DNA of 62,796 nucleotides, the filler included, from Sphaeroforma arctica JP610 (lineage: Eukaryota): the NCBI RefSeq assembly GCF_001186125.1. It is 4 parts of one record of this genome, joined end to end, with 100 filler letters (N's around TTAATTAATTAA, not from the genome) between each part and the next. Parts side by side here need not be neighbours in the genome. Positions count along the whole stretch, not along the records: positions 31,306 to 45,507 come from NW_014040540.1; positions 45,608 to 62,796 come from NW_014040540.1; 2 more parts are not named here. One strand, given 5' to 3'. The notes beneath the pieces are model-generated. The model did no database searches, was not told where the DNA came from, and worked only from the letters and a program-made list of their open reading frames with translations. Below are positions 42,075 through 62,796 of the stretch, in pieces. Both the position numbers and the translations under genes were made by a program. Positions within the stretch are counted from its first letter, which is position 1, and every line of letters begins with the position of its first letter.

Positions 42075-42406
42075 CCTGAGATGTCAGTGTATTTGCCGGC
42101 TTGCACCACGAAGTACTGCTCTCTAAAAATAGCAGGAAAAAGATAAAATAGGAGTGTATATATCTTACTAGGCATGAGTTAATTTACTTACAATACCAGC
42201 TCCGGGGTCACCCCTCTGCACTATTTATTTGAACATGGCCCTCTTGTCTTTTTAGAGAGGGCTATGAACAACGAGGTATTGTACGTCATCAATATTTACA
42301 TTACAGTAGCACGTGCTATTTTGAGCTCATTTTTTCCTTATAAAACAAACATAAATAAACAAAAAAAGACATACAGTATGTTCAAATATCATAAATAGGC
42401 TTCTAA

Positions 42407-42439
42407 CATAGCCTTCTATGTATAATTTAGAAGGCTATG
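42407..42439. mobile_element. 33-bp P-like element remnant: two 12-bp terminal inverted repeats with a 7-bp flanking duplication
   Basis: cttctaa|CATAGCCTTCTA-tgtataatt-TAGAAGGCTATG|cttctaa; same terminus as at 19101-19112. Confidence 0.7.
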
Positions 42440-42816
42440 CTTCTAAATAAAGAAATTTAAACATTAGAAGGCTATGCAAATACTCATATTTAGCCTTCTG
42501 ATCATATGATGTATTAAAATATACTTCAGAACGCGAAGCCATATTTCAAATATATATATACATATTAGTTGATATTTATAGACAAGAATTCCGCCTAGAG
42601 ATAAGAGAAGTTATTAGAACAAGTCGTCCTTCCGAACTCCAAACTGCTGCGAGTATACCATGCAGATAAGATCGAATCAAGCAGATTCGTTAATAGAGGG
42701 ATCAACGCGAACGTTATGCTGGATCTTGATACAAATTTAGACCCTTGGATATCATCTTACATTGGTGCACAAGGGTATTTCGTTGCATTGGGATAATAAT
42801 ATCTATTTAAAAAAAA

Positions 42817-42880
42817 GTTACAATGTATGCATGTTACAATGTATGAATGTTAAAATGTATGTATGTTACAATGTATGTAC
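42817..42880. repeat. 4 x 16 bp tandem repeat
   Basis: gttacaatgtatg(c/a/t)at. Confidence 0.85.
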
Positions 42881-43126
42881 ATATGAGCCGTTGTAGTGCT
42901 TCGGGAAAGATCGATGGGGAGAAATTGTTAGTAAATTACCGTTTGAAGATTGGGCCAAGTGAGTCGACGATGGAGGATATGCGCTGGGTCAATTCGGGCC
43001 GGTGCTGACAAAAACCTGTCACCGTCGAGTATGCCACTTATTCGCTTGCTGACCTAAAGTAGCGGACCCACTTCTGATAATGGGTTAGTGCAGAGTACGA
43101 AATACCGAATAGGACCAGGTTATCCT

Positions 43127-43485
43127 TCATAATTCGGTCGAGGAGCGAGGTTGGGGGTGAACCAATGCCACTCCAGACCAGCAAGGGTGCACTCGGTATG
43201 TGCTGGTTGGCCTGGATCGAAAGTAACATAGGCGGAACCAACAAGCGCGATGACTTGGTTTTGTTTGGACCGAGATTTGGAAGTGGTACTCCAACAGCGT
43301 GAATAGCCAGGGTATGGAGAACATCTGTTGATGTGTCAGTGTGAGGTCAGAGCCAATGGGTGGCAGTTTCAGGCCCACCAAGATTCGTCGAATCAATTGT
43401 TGGATGCAGGTAAAGTGGCTGGTGGTGAATTTGTGGCTACCGGGGTAGACAGGGCAGAGACAGCCGTCAGTGCGGTAGTCGCAAT
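43127..43485 (-). mobile_element. 3' fragment of the non-LTR retrotransposon, inverted relative to the copy at 49400-49845
   Basis: Reverse complement aligns to 49400-49845; both encode IRRILVG.KLPPIG...HQQMF.IP; this copy lacks about 105 nt internally. Confidence 0.85.
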
Positions 43486-43899
43486 GTCATCTTTATATTA
43501 TAGACATGATAAGTTTAATGTATCTTAAGCAGGTTTGTCGTGTGCACCACTTTGTCCATTTGCTCACCAACAATTCTAGGCAATGTTAATTGAAAGCCTT
43601 CATCCACCTGATGATTAGACTTTGTAACTTCTTATGCACCAGTTAGAAATAGACGCTTTGTGTTAACATTCACCATACCAACCCACACGTCACTTGTATA
43701 CCGTTGTTCGCCAAGTCTGTGGGCCCTAAGAGTAACGGAATTCTGTAATGAAGCAAATTGATGGCGCAACTGTATTTATGCATCTCTTTCATAAATTGTC
43801 AAACGTACATTTGTTTTTGTGCCAGTGATCTATTCTCCATCGTACGCTGCTGTGTAAAATCCAACAGACAGTTCTGCTTTCTACGCGGTTTACATAATT

Positions 43900-43988
43900 T
43901 TTACTCAAAGTCATTGTTTGTATCTTTTACTCAAAGCCATTGTTTGTATCTTTTACTCAAAGCCATTGTTTGTATCTTTTACTCAAAG
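43900..43988. repeat. 3 x 26 bp tandem repeat
   Basis: ttttactcaaagccattgtttgtatc. Confidence 0.9.
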
Positions 43989-45607
43989 CTCTTATTAATG
44001 TGTATACCGTTTTCTGTACAGAATAATTATTTTCACAAACAGCAACATTGTTCATCGTAGCGGAATTTTTGGTATCACTAAAACATGCACCATATAAGTC
44101 ACTAAAAACGTACATTGTAGCTACCATATTCCTGTCTATACAATCCCCAGTATAAATTTAGTCCTATGTGGCGTGCACTTTGCGGCTTGCTGCGGAGTCG
44201 TGAATGGCGAACCTACAATAAGTATGATATTTCGATAAAATATGTATTATAATAGTAACGTGCAGCTATCATCTCATGCACCGCAAAGTGTACAGCTACT
44301 ATAGAAATTTGGTTACCACGGTAGTCTGTGAATGTGAGCATAAAAGTACAAATTGCTCTCACACTGTCAACTTCAGTAGTCGTTTCGGACTCCAGATCCC
44401 TTCTCTCACCGTGACAACTTATCAATACTGGATAACGTTGTAACATTCGCAACACGCTTCGACACATTATTGTTCCACAGTGTAATGTTGGCAAGTCGAC
44501 CATTGTTTATCAGGTATTCGAACATTGCACGGAATATACTAAACTTTGTTACACCTGTATGCCTCCTACAAAAGGTAAGCATGTAAAACTCGCTTTCGTG
44601 GCTCGCTAGCTACTATCTATATTATTACAAGCATCTCAAGTTTCTTGAAAAAACGAACAGTTCAAATACCTGTAAATTTAAATATACCTCTGACCTGCTG
44701 TGTTTTTCGTTTGACTTGCTATTTCATAATCTTCCGTTGTTTTACATACATTCTTTCAGCACGAAAAGTAGGGGTGACGATGTCACTGTCAATCGCAGGT
44801 GTGAGTCTGGCACCATGCTTCGTTCTTCAAAGGGTACTACTAGCACTGTATTGAATCTGGGCGGAAAAACTGGGTGCCTCTCTACGCTTAGCAGGGCGTC
44901 TGCCTTGTACAGGTGTATTTTTGTCTTGCGGTTTTAATGTCGAAATTTATGGTTCTAAAGTGTTTCCTAAGAACATATAGCCTATTTCGTTGTCAGCTGC
45001 ATTAAAAAATATGTTGTATTTCCTAACAAGCTTGCAGGAGTCTTCATATATTTCTTGATCAGTTTCTTGCTTCGCTTTTGGGATGAACTTCGTGCATATA
45101 ACTCTTTATTATTATTAGTATTGTTCCCGTAAACTTCACGATCAAGAGTACATACCCGCAACATAGCTTGTGTGGTTTTAGGGTTTTTAGGTGACTACCT
45201 TAGCAACCATAGGTACAACATTTGATTGACAATATTTGTCCCACATGTGTTGGTGATGTGGTAGAGCATTGGGAATCGTGCTAATTTGACACGCACCCTT
45301 AAATATGGTGTCTTCGCGCTAGTGTTTCGAGTTGACCGATGCATGTTTCTTCATCCCTGTCCCATCCCTCTTAGCTAAAGCAATACACTACCATATTCTA
45401 CATCACACTACACTGCATAATATCTTACACCCCTCACACTGTGGTATTGGCATTTTTTTTCAAACACCACCCATCAAATTTTCAACGTGTTTACTACTCA
45501 CCCTCACNNNNNNNNNNNNNNNNNNNNNNNNNNNNNNNNNNNNNNNNNNNNTTAATTAATTAANNNNNNNNNNNNNNNNNNNNNNNNNNNNNNNNNNNNN
45601 NNNNNNN

Positions 45608-48600
45608 GGGGGTTGCTTTGGCGCTCATATGGCAGTGTTCTACCTTCCACTCAAATCACTTACTGAAGAAGACATCAGGCGATACATGAATCCCCCCGAG
45701 ATTGGTAATTTCCAACCAGATGTCGTTTGGGGAGATTTCAACTTCAAAGCCCGGATGTATGGCCACGCATCTACAAATCACGGACTATGTATGGAAATGA
45801 TTGAGACTACATAATATATGGCACTTGGACTACTCCTATACTGGCGGCTCAACTGTTACAGAACATGCGTATCATCGGCCTATCACCCCCGCCTTCCTCC
45901 AGACTTATAAGCTGACGGACTACGGCATCGGTGGTGACCTCACCTTTGGACTCCATCTCCAGACACTATCAACGAATCAAATCCATCGGCCCCAACAAAT
46001 GCCAACAATGGGACCTCCCTCCCTCATGTATATATCCGATACCGCCATCAACTGTATCACCTACGCAACAAATTTTGCGCGCGACTATTCCACGCCGAAA
46101 TCCGGGCGCATCAGAACCTACTACGGTTGTATCTTACTTTGTACGAACCAGCGGAAGGGCTGCTACGGATCCTCGATCGCATCTGGCGCTATGCCGCTAA
46201 CCCACAAATATTTGGGGGTTCTACTATGACCTAAATAGATTCTAGGTTTAGCGGCTGCCAAACCACGCGTTCCGCCCACGTCTGACCGCCCAAAGCAATG
46301 CTCAAATGTTCATAGGTATTGCGTACCAACGACGGCCTCCGTACCAACCCTGCATACCGGGTGACACAGGCGCCACCCTCGCTGGCTACTTTGAGGACCT
46401 ATTCAACTCTACAACCCCGTACGTGGTTCCACCGGATACCGAACCCTCGCCCGATGTCACTTCCACCATACGCCCCGACGATGTCATGAAGGCTATACTA
46501 CGCTATCCCATAAGGGGCCTGGCCCGGAATCCACATCCTCCTCCTGAAGGCCGCAGTGGAGCGCTCCACCGAACGCAGGACATTAGGACGCCCCGACGTC
46601 AATAGCCCACTGATTAGACTCCTTGCCAAAGCATTCACTGAGCTACTGGTAGATCGACTGCACATATGTTGAATCAGCTGCAGTTGTAAGGCGGGTACGT
46701 TCCCTGCAGCCCTGAACTGCCTTCTGACAACAGCGCACCCAACGAAAGCCGATGTAGATATCACCTCCCCCGCCAACTTCCGCCCTTTCACGCTTACGCA
46801 AATAGCCAGACGCATCTTTGAAAAGTGCTTTCTTCAGCTGATTACGAGCCACCCCGGCTCTGCCACCCATGCTATCAAGCTGGCTTCAAATCACGGTACT
46901 TCTGTCATAACCAAGCACTCGTCACCATGGAATCTGAGACACAGTCAGAAGAGGAGTGGAGCAACGTGAGCGACTACAGGTCTCAGGTCTAATTTTACAG
47001 CAAGAAACCATCTTTGATATATGGAAGTCATCAGAGTTAGCTCACTCCCGAGAGCTTATCAAGTTGCTTGAGTTACCCCTAAGAGTTGCGTTATTACATA
47101 ACCGACTTCCGAGAGCAGATTAAGTTTCTCAACCGATTCCCGAGAGAAATTTAAGCCTGTCAACCGCAACATTCTAATAATAGCTGCGGTTCTATGTGAG
47201 TCACAACCTATGCGGAAAGGCATCATGTGATCAGCGTGAGATTTAGTTGCAGAGAAGTTGAAATAAAAAAGCATCGAGGTGTTAAAGTATTCTGCATAAG
47301 GTTTCTCATACTGACCATATGAGTTTTTACCCTGGCCAGCCCAAGCGGCTTAACACTAGCACAAACACCTTGGGTATAAAATCAAAGGTGAGGTCAGAAA
47401 TAAATACATACATTTGCACTTTATTTAAAGTCTACTGCATTGCACTCTAACACAACGTCTGTCTGGACATTATCAAAGCATACGACTAGGTTGCTCTCCC
47501 ACGCCTATGGGTACTCTGCGCCACGCTGGAATGCCCGAAAACTGGATCAACTACCTCCGCGTGCTATTCGAAAGGGTCCCTGCCCGAGTGACATACTGCG
47601 GCGCGCGCTCGCCTCTATTCCATATGTAAACTTCGATGGGTATTTCTATGTTTTAAACTATGTTATATAAACAAAGATACAATTTGAGTCAGTTAGGATT
47701 TAGCAGTGGTAGCTTGTGCAAGAATGATCGGGACCGCCTCTTGGTAAGAGCCTTAATATCCTCGATCACACAGGACATACCTCTAGCTGTTCTTTATTGA
47801 AAATTTTTCACTAGAAGTACTAAGTGTTCATGACCACATGTCTAATTTGTAGATAGACATAAGAACGTAAGTCAAGTTAATACATTTAGCTAATATAGAT
47901 AAAGTTCCATCTGAAGAAAAGTTAAAGAAAGAATTAGACTTATTGGATTTTGGAGATTGGCGGGAAGACCAAAACCTGTAAGTAGTAGTTCAGAGATTAT
48001 AAAATTTAGTTTATATTATCCTACATCTACTATCGTCTCAAATAGGTCCAATTAAATGAGTCATACCAAATACTCAGGCTATTGGAGCCATCAAAGTGAA
48101 TTTAGAACACTTTGGAAATATTGAAAAAAGAACTTGTATTAAATTATTTAAAATACAAATAAAAACCAATGTGTTATCTCATTTGATCTTGATATTTTAG
48201 ACTGACCAGAGGCCGTATTTCTACACATAGAACGAATGGCATCCTACAAGGCTCAATCGACGGCTTCCAGCTCTTTATTATCTACATGGATTCCTTAGTT
48301 GTCACGCTAGCACAATTTCGGCCGAAGCTCCTCCGCTCTTATTTATTTGTCGATGACACACGGATCCAAGTCCCCCAACCGGTTGCGCTCCAGCCCTTCT
48401 TAGACGACATTGATGCGTGGGGACGCAAATCTGGCTTCGAACAGGGTGTCAATAAGCCTCGAATTCGATCTACCGACTTGCGACACGCGGCGCCAACTCT
48501 CCGTATAAATGGTGAGCTTATCACGCCGACGCTCGCAGACGCACCTTGGAACACTCGTTTCCTCCACCTGAAGATGGCGCCCACAGATGCCAAGCCGAAA

Positions 48601-49850
48601 CGCTCCAAATATCTGGGGCCCCCACTCTCTCACGGAATACCAGAGATCAACCTCGCCAGACATATGGAATCCCTGGTTGCAGCATTGTTCTGGGTATCGC
48701 CTTTTTTCGAGCTTATGGCATCCATGGTTTCAGCTGGCGACACGCCCACAACCGACTGGTGCTGTTCAAAACATTCATCCTACCCACGGCTACATATGGC
48801 CTGAACATTATTGCCTGGGCTCCGCCTATATGTAAGGATGCGTTGGACCCCTTATTCGAGCGCTATAACTCAGCACTCATCCAAGCTACAGCCATCATCA
48901 CGGGCACTCAATACCCTAGGTTTCCCTAACATCAAACGAAACTTACTCCACTTTTGTGGCCTGCTCCCCGCGCGACCATTCGCGGACTACCCCGGAGTTT
49001 GCCTGGGAATACAACACAACTCAATGGCCAGCATAAATCCGCTCACCCCTCTGGCGCAACCCGCCTGGGCCCACGACAAACCATCACTGCGCTTCCCGTA
49101 CTGTATCTATGCTCACCTGAAACTATACACAAAACCACGGGCGGGCGTACACCCGGCCATGTAGCCCTCCGCCAACGCTTTGACGACATTAAGAAGAACT
49201 CAACAAAACGCTGGTCCAACAAGGAGATCGCGGCAATTTTTATGGCCCGGCGCCAATACTACTACCAACTGGTTTTGGGTAAACCGCCAACATCAAACCG
49301 AGACAGAGCCAGACACGACAGTTTCAACCGCTGCCACCAATCCGGCTCTATGCTATGATTGTTACAAATACGTACATGTTCACATTGCTCGATTACCGCA
49401 CTGACGGCTATCTCTGTCCTGTCTGTGCCCCGGTAGCCACAAATTCACCAGCAGCCACTTTACCTGCATCCAACAATTGATCCGACGCATCCTGGTAGGC
49501 CCAAAACTGCCGCCCATTGGCCCTGACCTCCTTCAACAATTACAGGAGTGCCACGACTTCCACGGTATCTGGACTCTCCACGAACACCTTGGATCTTTTC
49601 TCCAGCATGTAGAAGAACCACCGTACCCTCACCCGTCTCTGACACATCAACAGATGTTCCCCATACCCCGGCTAATCACGCTGTTGAAGTACTACTTCCA
49701 AATCTCGATCCAAACCAAGTCATCGCGCTTCTTGGTTCCGCCTATGATACTTCCGATCCAGGCCAGCCAGCATATAACGATAGCATCCGTGGTCTGGTGC
49801 GGCATTGGTTCACCCCCATCCTCGCTCCTCGACCGAATTATGATGGCACG
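45608..49850 (+). mobile_element. Decayed non-LTR (LINE-like) retrotransposon ORF2: APE endonuclease, reverse transcriptase, Cys/His tail; interrupted by unrelated DNA
   Basis: VVWGDFN (APE); GIHILLLK, PANFRPFTLTQIARRIFEK, AGFK; GILQGS...LFIIYMDSL, LFVDD, KYLG; CPVCPGSHKFTSSHFTC; many stops and frameshifts. Confidence 0.88.
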
Positions 49851-52734
49851 GTGAACAAAATATTCTTTCGAAAGTCATTGTACAATCTCCAAAACATCTT
49901 GTATCTCGATCATACCAACCCAAGGTACTAGGTGCGAACGAACGCTCACACAGAGACTCGATACCCAAACTACGAACATTTGTGGGACAAGATTCAGACA
50001 ATTGGTGTTCATGATTACTGTTTTTACATATGGCACATAACCTGCGATCTTCACACAGTCATAAATCTTCCCGATTTAACGTTAACGTGAACGTTGGGCG
50101 AAGACAAAACCAACTTACTGGCTATAAAACAGAAGCACCAAGCACAGGCGTGACTTGATATCAACGATTGGAGAACCTATAATTGGCCATAAGTCCTCAA
50201 CGGGACAGTAGCATTGAAAACAAGAAAAAACATGAGCAGTTTTAAAAGCAACGCATATATTTCTACGAAAGAAACGTCATAATCCGATACAAAGGGGAAA
50301 CGAATAATAAAATAGCGGCTTCCTACGGAGGTCCATGGGAAAGTCACAAGAAAGTATAGCCTATTGGCACAATAGTATCAGAATACCCGAACTCAGTTTG
50401 TGCTGCATAATACAGCAAACGAGGCGGATAAATTTACTCCCAATAACCATATACCACCCACAGAACACAATTAACTTCAATTCTAGACCATCTGTGAAGA
50501 GTGACGACAGGCGGTGCATCATAAGAGTACCTACTGCAGTAGGTAGACACAGAAAGAACGTGGACACACGAGAAGAATATAGCGGACGCCGTCGTTTTCA
50601 CACTTCAGACAGACAAGGCCGAGAAAAGCGACATCGTCACAAACAACGGACTCACGAACGGCAAGCAACAAAAGGCGCACGAAGCAGGGAACTTACCTCA
50701 GTTTCACGGATACCAAGGGACATTCCCACTTATTTGACACTTTAACTCAGAGGGATAAGGAATAAAGATTCGGTTGTAGAGCCACCGATGAGAAACGTTT
50801 TCCTAAGCCAAGTTGCCAAGTTGATACCAAGCGAGAGCACACGTTACAACATACTCCAATAAGCGTAGTTGAAAACTTCTATAACAGGATGTTAAATTTT
50901 GAAATAAAAGTAAGAATTTATATCGGTTCATAAAGAACAAGTTTTCCGCTGTGCTAAGACACCAACCTCCAGAACTATAGTACCAAAGATACCTTTTTCT
51001 ACCACTTCACAGGCTCACTCTAGTGAAAAGTTGGGGGACTGTGACATATAGGTACTAGAGAAGCCATAACAAAATACCAAAATCAGAAATCAAACCTAAG
51101 AATCCTGAGTTTCTGGTACAGGTCCAATTATTTAAAAAAAATATGCGCCGTCGGGAATATGGCGGGAAGAACGGTTTGTACTAGTTTTCCTCGTTAGAGC
51201 AACGCTCACATGTAAATACGAGTCTAGTGAATTATAAAATAGAGATAGGCTCATTGCGCTTCACTCAGATCATGATTCTCACCTAGCTGAGCGATTCGCA
51301 ATTGAGACTCGTCATATTATTGTTTCCTTCGATCGTATTTTCTAAGTCACTCTCAAACCACACTATCATCATATTGAAAGTAAAAAGATGTCCTCTTCAC
51401 AAACACATATTGTAACCAATACAGTTGATAAGATCTACAATCCACATAGAACAGTATGTGGAATTATACACTTTTATTATACACAATCATCCTTTAGGCA
51501 AGTATATAGGTCTCAACTAGTGTGATAATCCCGCTCCGTGAGGTGGTGAAGCGTCCGCCCAATTCCGGCAAGCCCATACTCTCAAGCAGCGGAGCATAAG
51601 GCAAATTCTTGGAGAACCGCAACCCGACCGCTAGCCACTGTACCAGATGGAAACTCGTGTCTTCGTTCTGAAAGGAACTACTGTATGCGGATGAGCTGTT
51701 TGACCTGTACCCCAACGTGAAATCTCGGCTGAGGACGATCGTGGACGATGGAGCTTCAAATTGCTGTCTACCAACATGAAAAGTCCCGAATAGTTGGTGA
51801 AAAGGTGGTGGCACCATTGTCGATGTGGACCTGACAGAGTTTCGCGAGCCTGAGAGTGGGATCACTAAATACTTGTCTCGATTATTCAACGTGGCTGAAC
51901 AAGAGCTGGAGGTCTCATTTTGGACGATGTGACGACTGGGTCACGTGGTCGAAACAGTCGAAGAATCCGGTGCTTCGAGAACCGGAGAGATTTCATGGTT
52001 GTGAGGATGTTTCGAGATATGGCAAGGGAAACGCACAAAAGGAAGCGCATACAAACAGTGGTAAGCGTCGAGAAAGCTTTTGGTGGCTTGTGCGTGATTT
52101 CGCTGGGCCGTGAATTTGAATCTGATCGTTTGTGTATTTTTCGCTGTGCTATCAGCGCTTCAACTAGCCGGTCATATGTAAATGATAATTTTGCTGCATT
52201 GTAGCTGTTTCATCTAACCGGGATTTGCTGGGTCTAAAGGGTTGGGTTTTAGATGCGTAAATGTTCCTTATATAACAGTTGGTTTCCTCGCATGTTTAAG
52301 TAGCAACACAGTTTGAAGGAGAACTCAAGTACCTGAAATGCCATTGCCCATAGCTGAAAGGCAGCGAAACAAATTGGGCACTGCGTCAACGGAACGTTAG
52401 GGTATGTGTGAACCTCCTGCACATTCTGGTGGAGATGTTAGCGTTTATGCGAGTACACAACATCATGCTACGACCGTCCGTACGGTATAGGGATAGAAAA
52501 GAACTTTTGCAACTTAGTTTAGAATACTATATGATAGGGTCAATTGCTAATCCGCTAATCTCAGAAGCAGCCCATTGAAACGAGAAATTCTCAGAAAACT
52601 ATATCACTAAGAAAACTATATTACTTCATTATTTAGTGTTTTGATAACTACTGTATGCACGCTGTACATATTAAACCAACATATTATTTGTCATTAATTA
52701 TGCAAGTCTATAGTCATACTGTCGCTACTGTCCG

Positions 52735-61867
<9,133 letters not shown>

Positions 61868-62796
61868 GTTGGATGGATGTGATGGACGTGCCACGAAGAT
61901 GGTATTTTGTTGTTGTTGGTTAAATATAAATATGTCTTGTTCTTTACACTCGGTGTAGCGTTGAAGGATCAATGGGCTAATTGAATAGAAATGGAATGTG
62001 ACTCGGAATAATCTACTAACATATGCTGTATTGTTATGGATTTAGGGTTGTTGAGGTTGGAACGTGTAGAGCTATACTCAAGGGTATGAGTAATGTATTT
62101 GAATGCTCTTTTTATTGGGTCGACCGCAAAATTGTGGATCGATTCGGCGATGCTAAAAACAAATTTGGGGTAGAGTGTGTTAATTTCACTACGCGTCTTT
62201 CTGCACACAATTTTTTTTTGTATGAGATCAATTATCTATATCCTATGCAAGAATACTACCCTATGTATTGATTGTATATATGTATATATATCACTATCTA
62301 TCTATAAACAAAATAAAATTCGCAGACGAACACTAATATCGTAAATAGCTGGAGGCCTGCAGTGAAATCCGAATATGTTTATTTATATATTTATGATGAA
62401 TAAATCATAAACGCCCATTCATGTCAGAATCACATTTCGCCCGCCAATTATTGTGGAATTAGTTTCACTGACAAATTGATACAAGTGTCAACACCATTTT
62501 GGAATTAGTTCGTACACAAATTGATATATCAATTCCAATGACCTCACTATTTTTCTCTGTGCACGAGAGCTCGCCTTCATAGTACTATATAGTATATTTA
62601 GAGGTAAATATATACTTATATAGTACATATTGTGACTTTATAGCGTATATTGTCACGTATTGTATACTGCGATTAGGCAGATCTTGGTGTAAGTGTACTT
62701 ATATAGGCTGTCACTAGCAGGAGCATGTGTCCGCCGTACTGAATAAATCGACTTTCTTTTATAATTGCAGTATATATTCCGTTTACTCAATATATA

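Noticed and set aside
50335..50745. Possible LTR integrase fragment (YHPQ)
   Set aside because: Only one short motif; no DDE spacing or LTRs identified

Overview
Intron-rich, microsatellite-rich eukaryotic scaffold (GT-AG introns, N gaps, some with a TTAATTAATTAA spacer). A prephenate dehydratase suggests a non-animal, probably unicellular eukaryote; this is inference only. Genes reconstructed by hand across splice sites: the 3' end of a WD40 protein, an S28 serine carboxypeptidase, the last exon of an ABA4/DUF4281-like membrane protein, isopentenyl phosphate kinase, a short bacterial-type deoxyribose-phosphate aldolase, a 4-TM protein, an Ig-like/PSI/TM protein, prephenate dehydratase, a SPRY-META fusion, a C69 peptidase and a mitochondrial tyrosyl-tRNA synthetase. 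Mobile DNA: a decayed THAP-domain P-element transposase and a decayed APE-RT non-LTR retrotransposon with a second inverted fragment. Two patterns stand out. (1) Introns of three unrelated genes hold tandem arrays of copied exon-intron junctions (decoy acceptors or donors, one array of AG|GT sites). (2) A CATAGCCTTCTA terminal-repeat family ends the P transposase, forms a 33-bp head-to-head remnant with a perfect 7-bp flanking duplication, and may bracket the IPK and ABA4-like genes as cargo.
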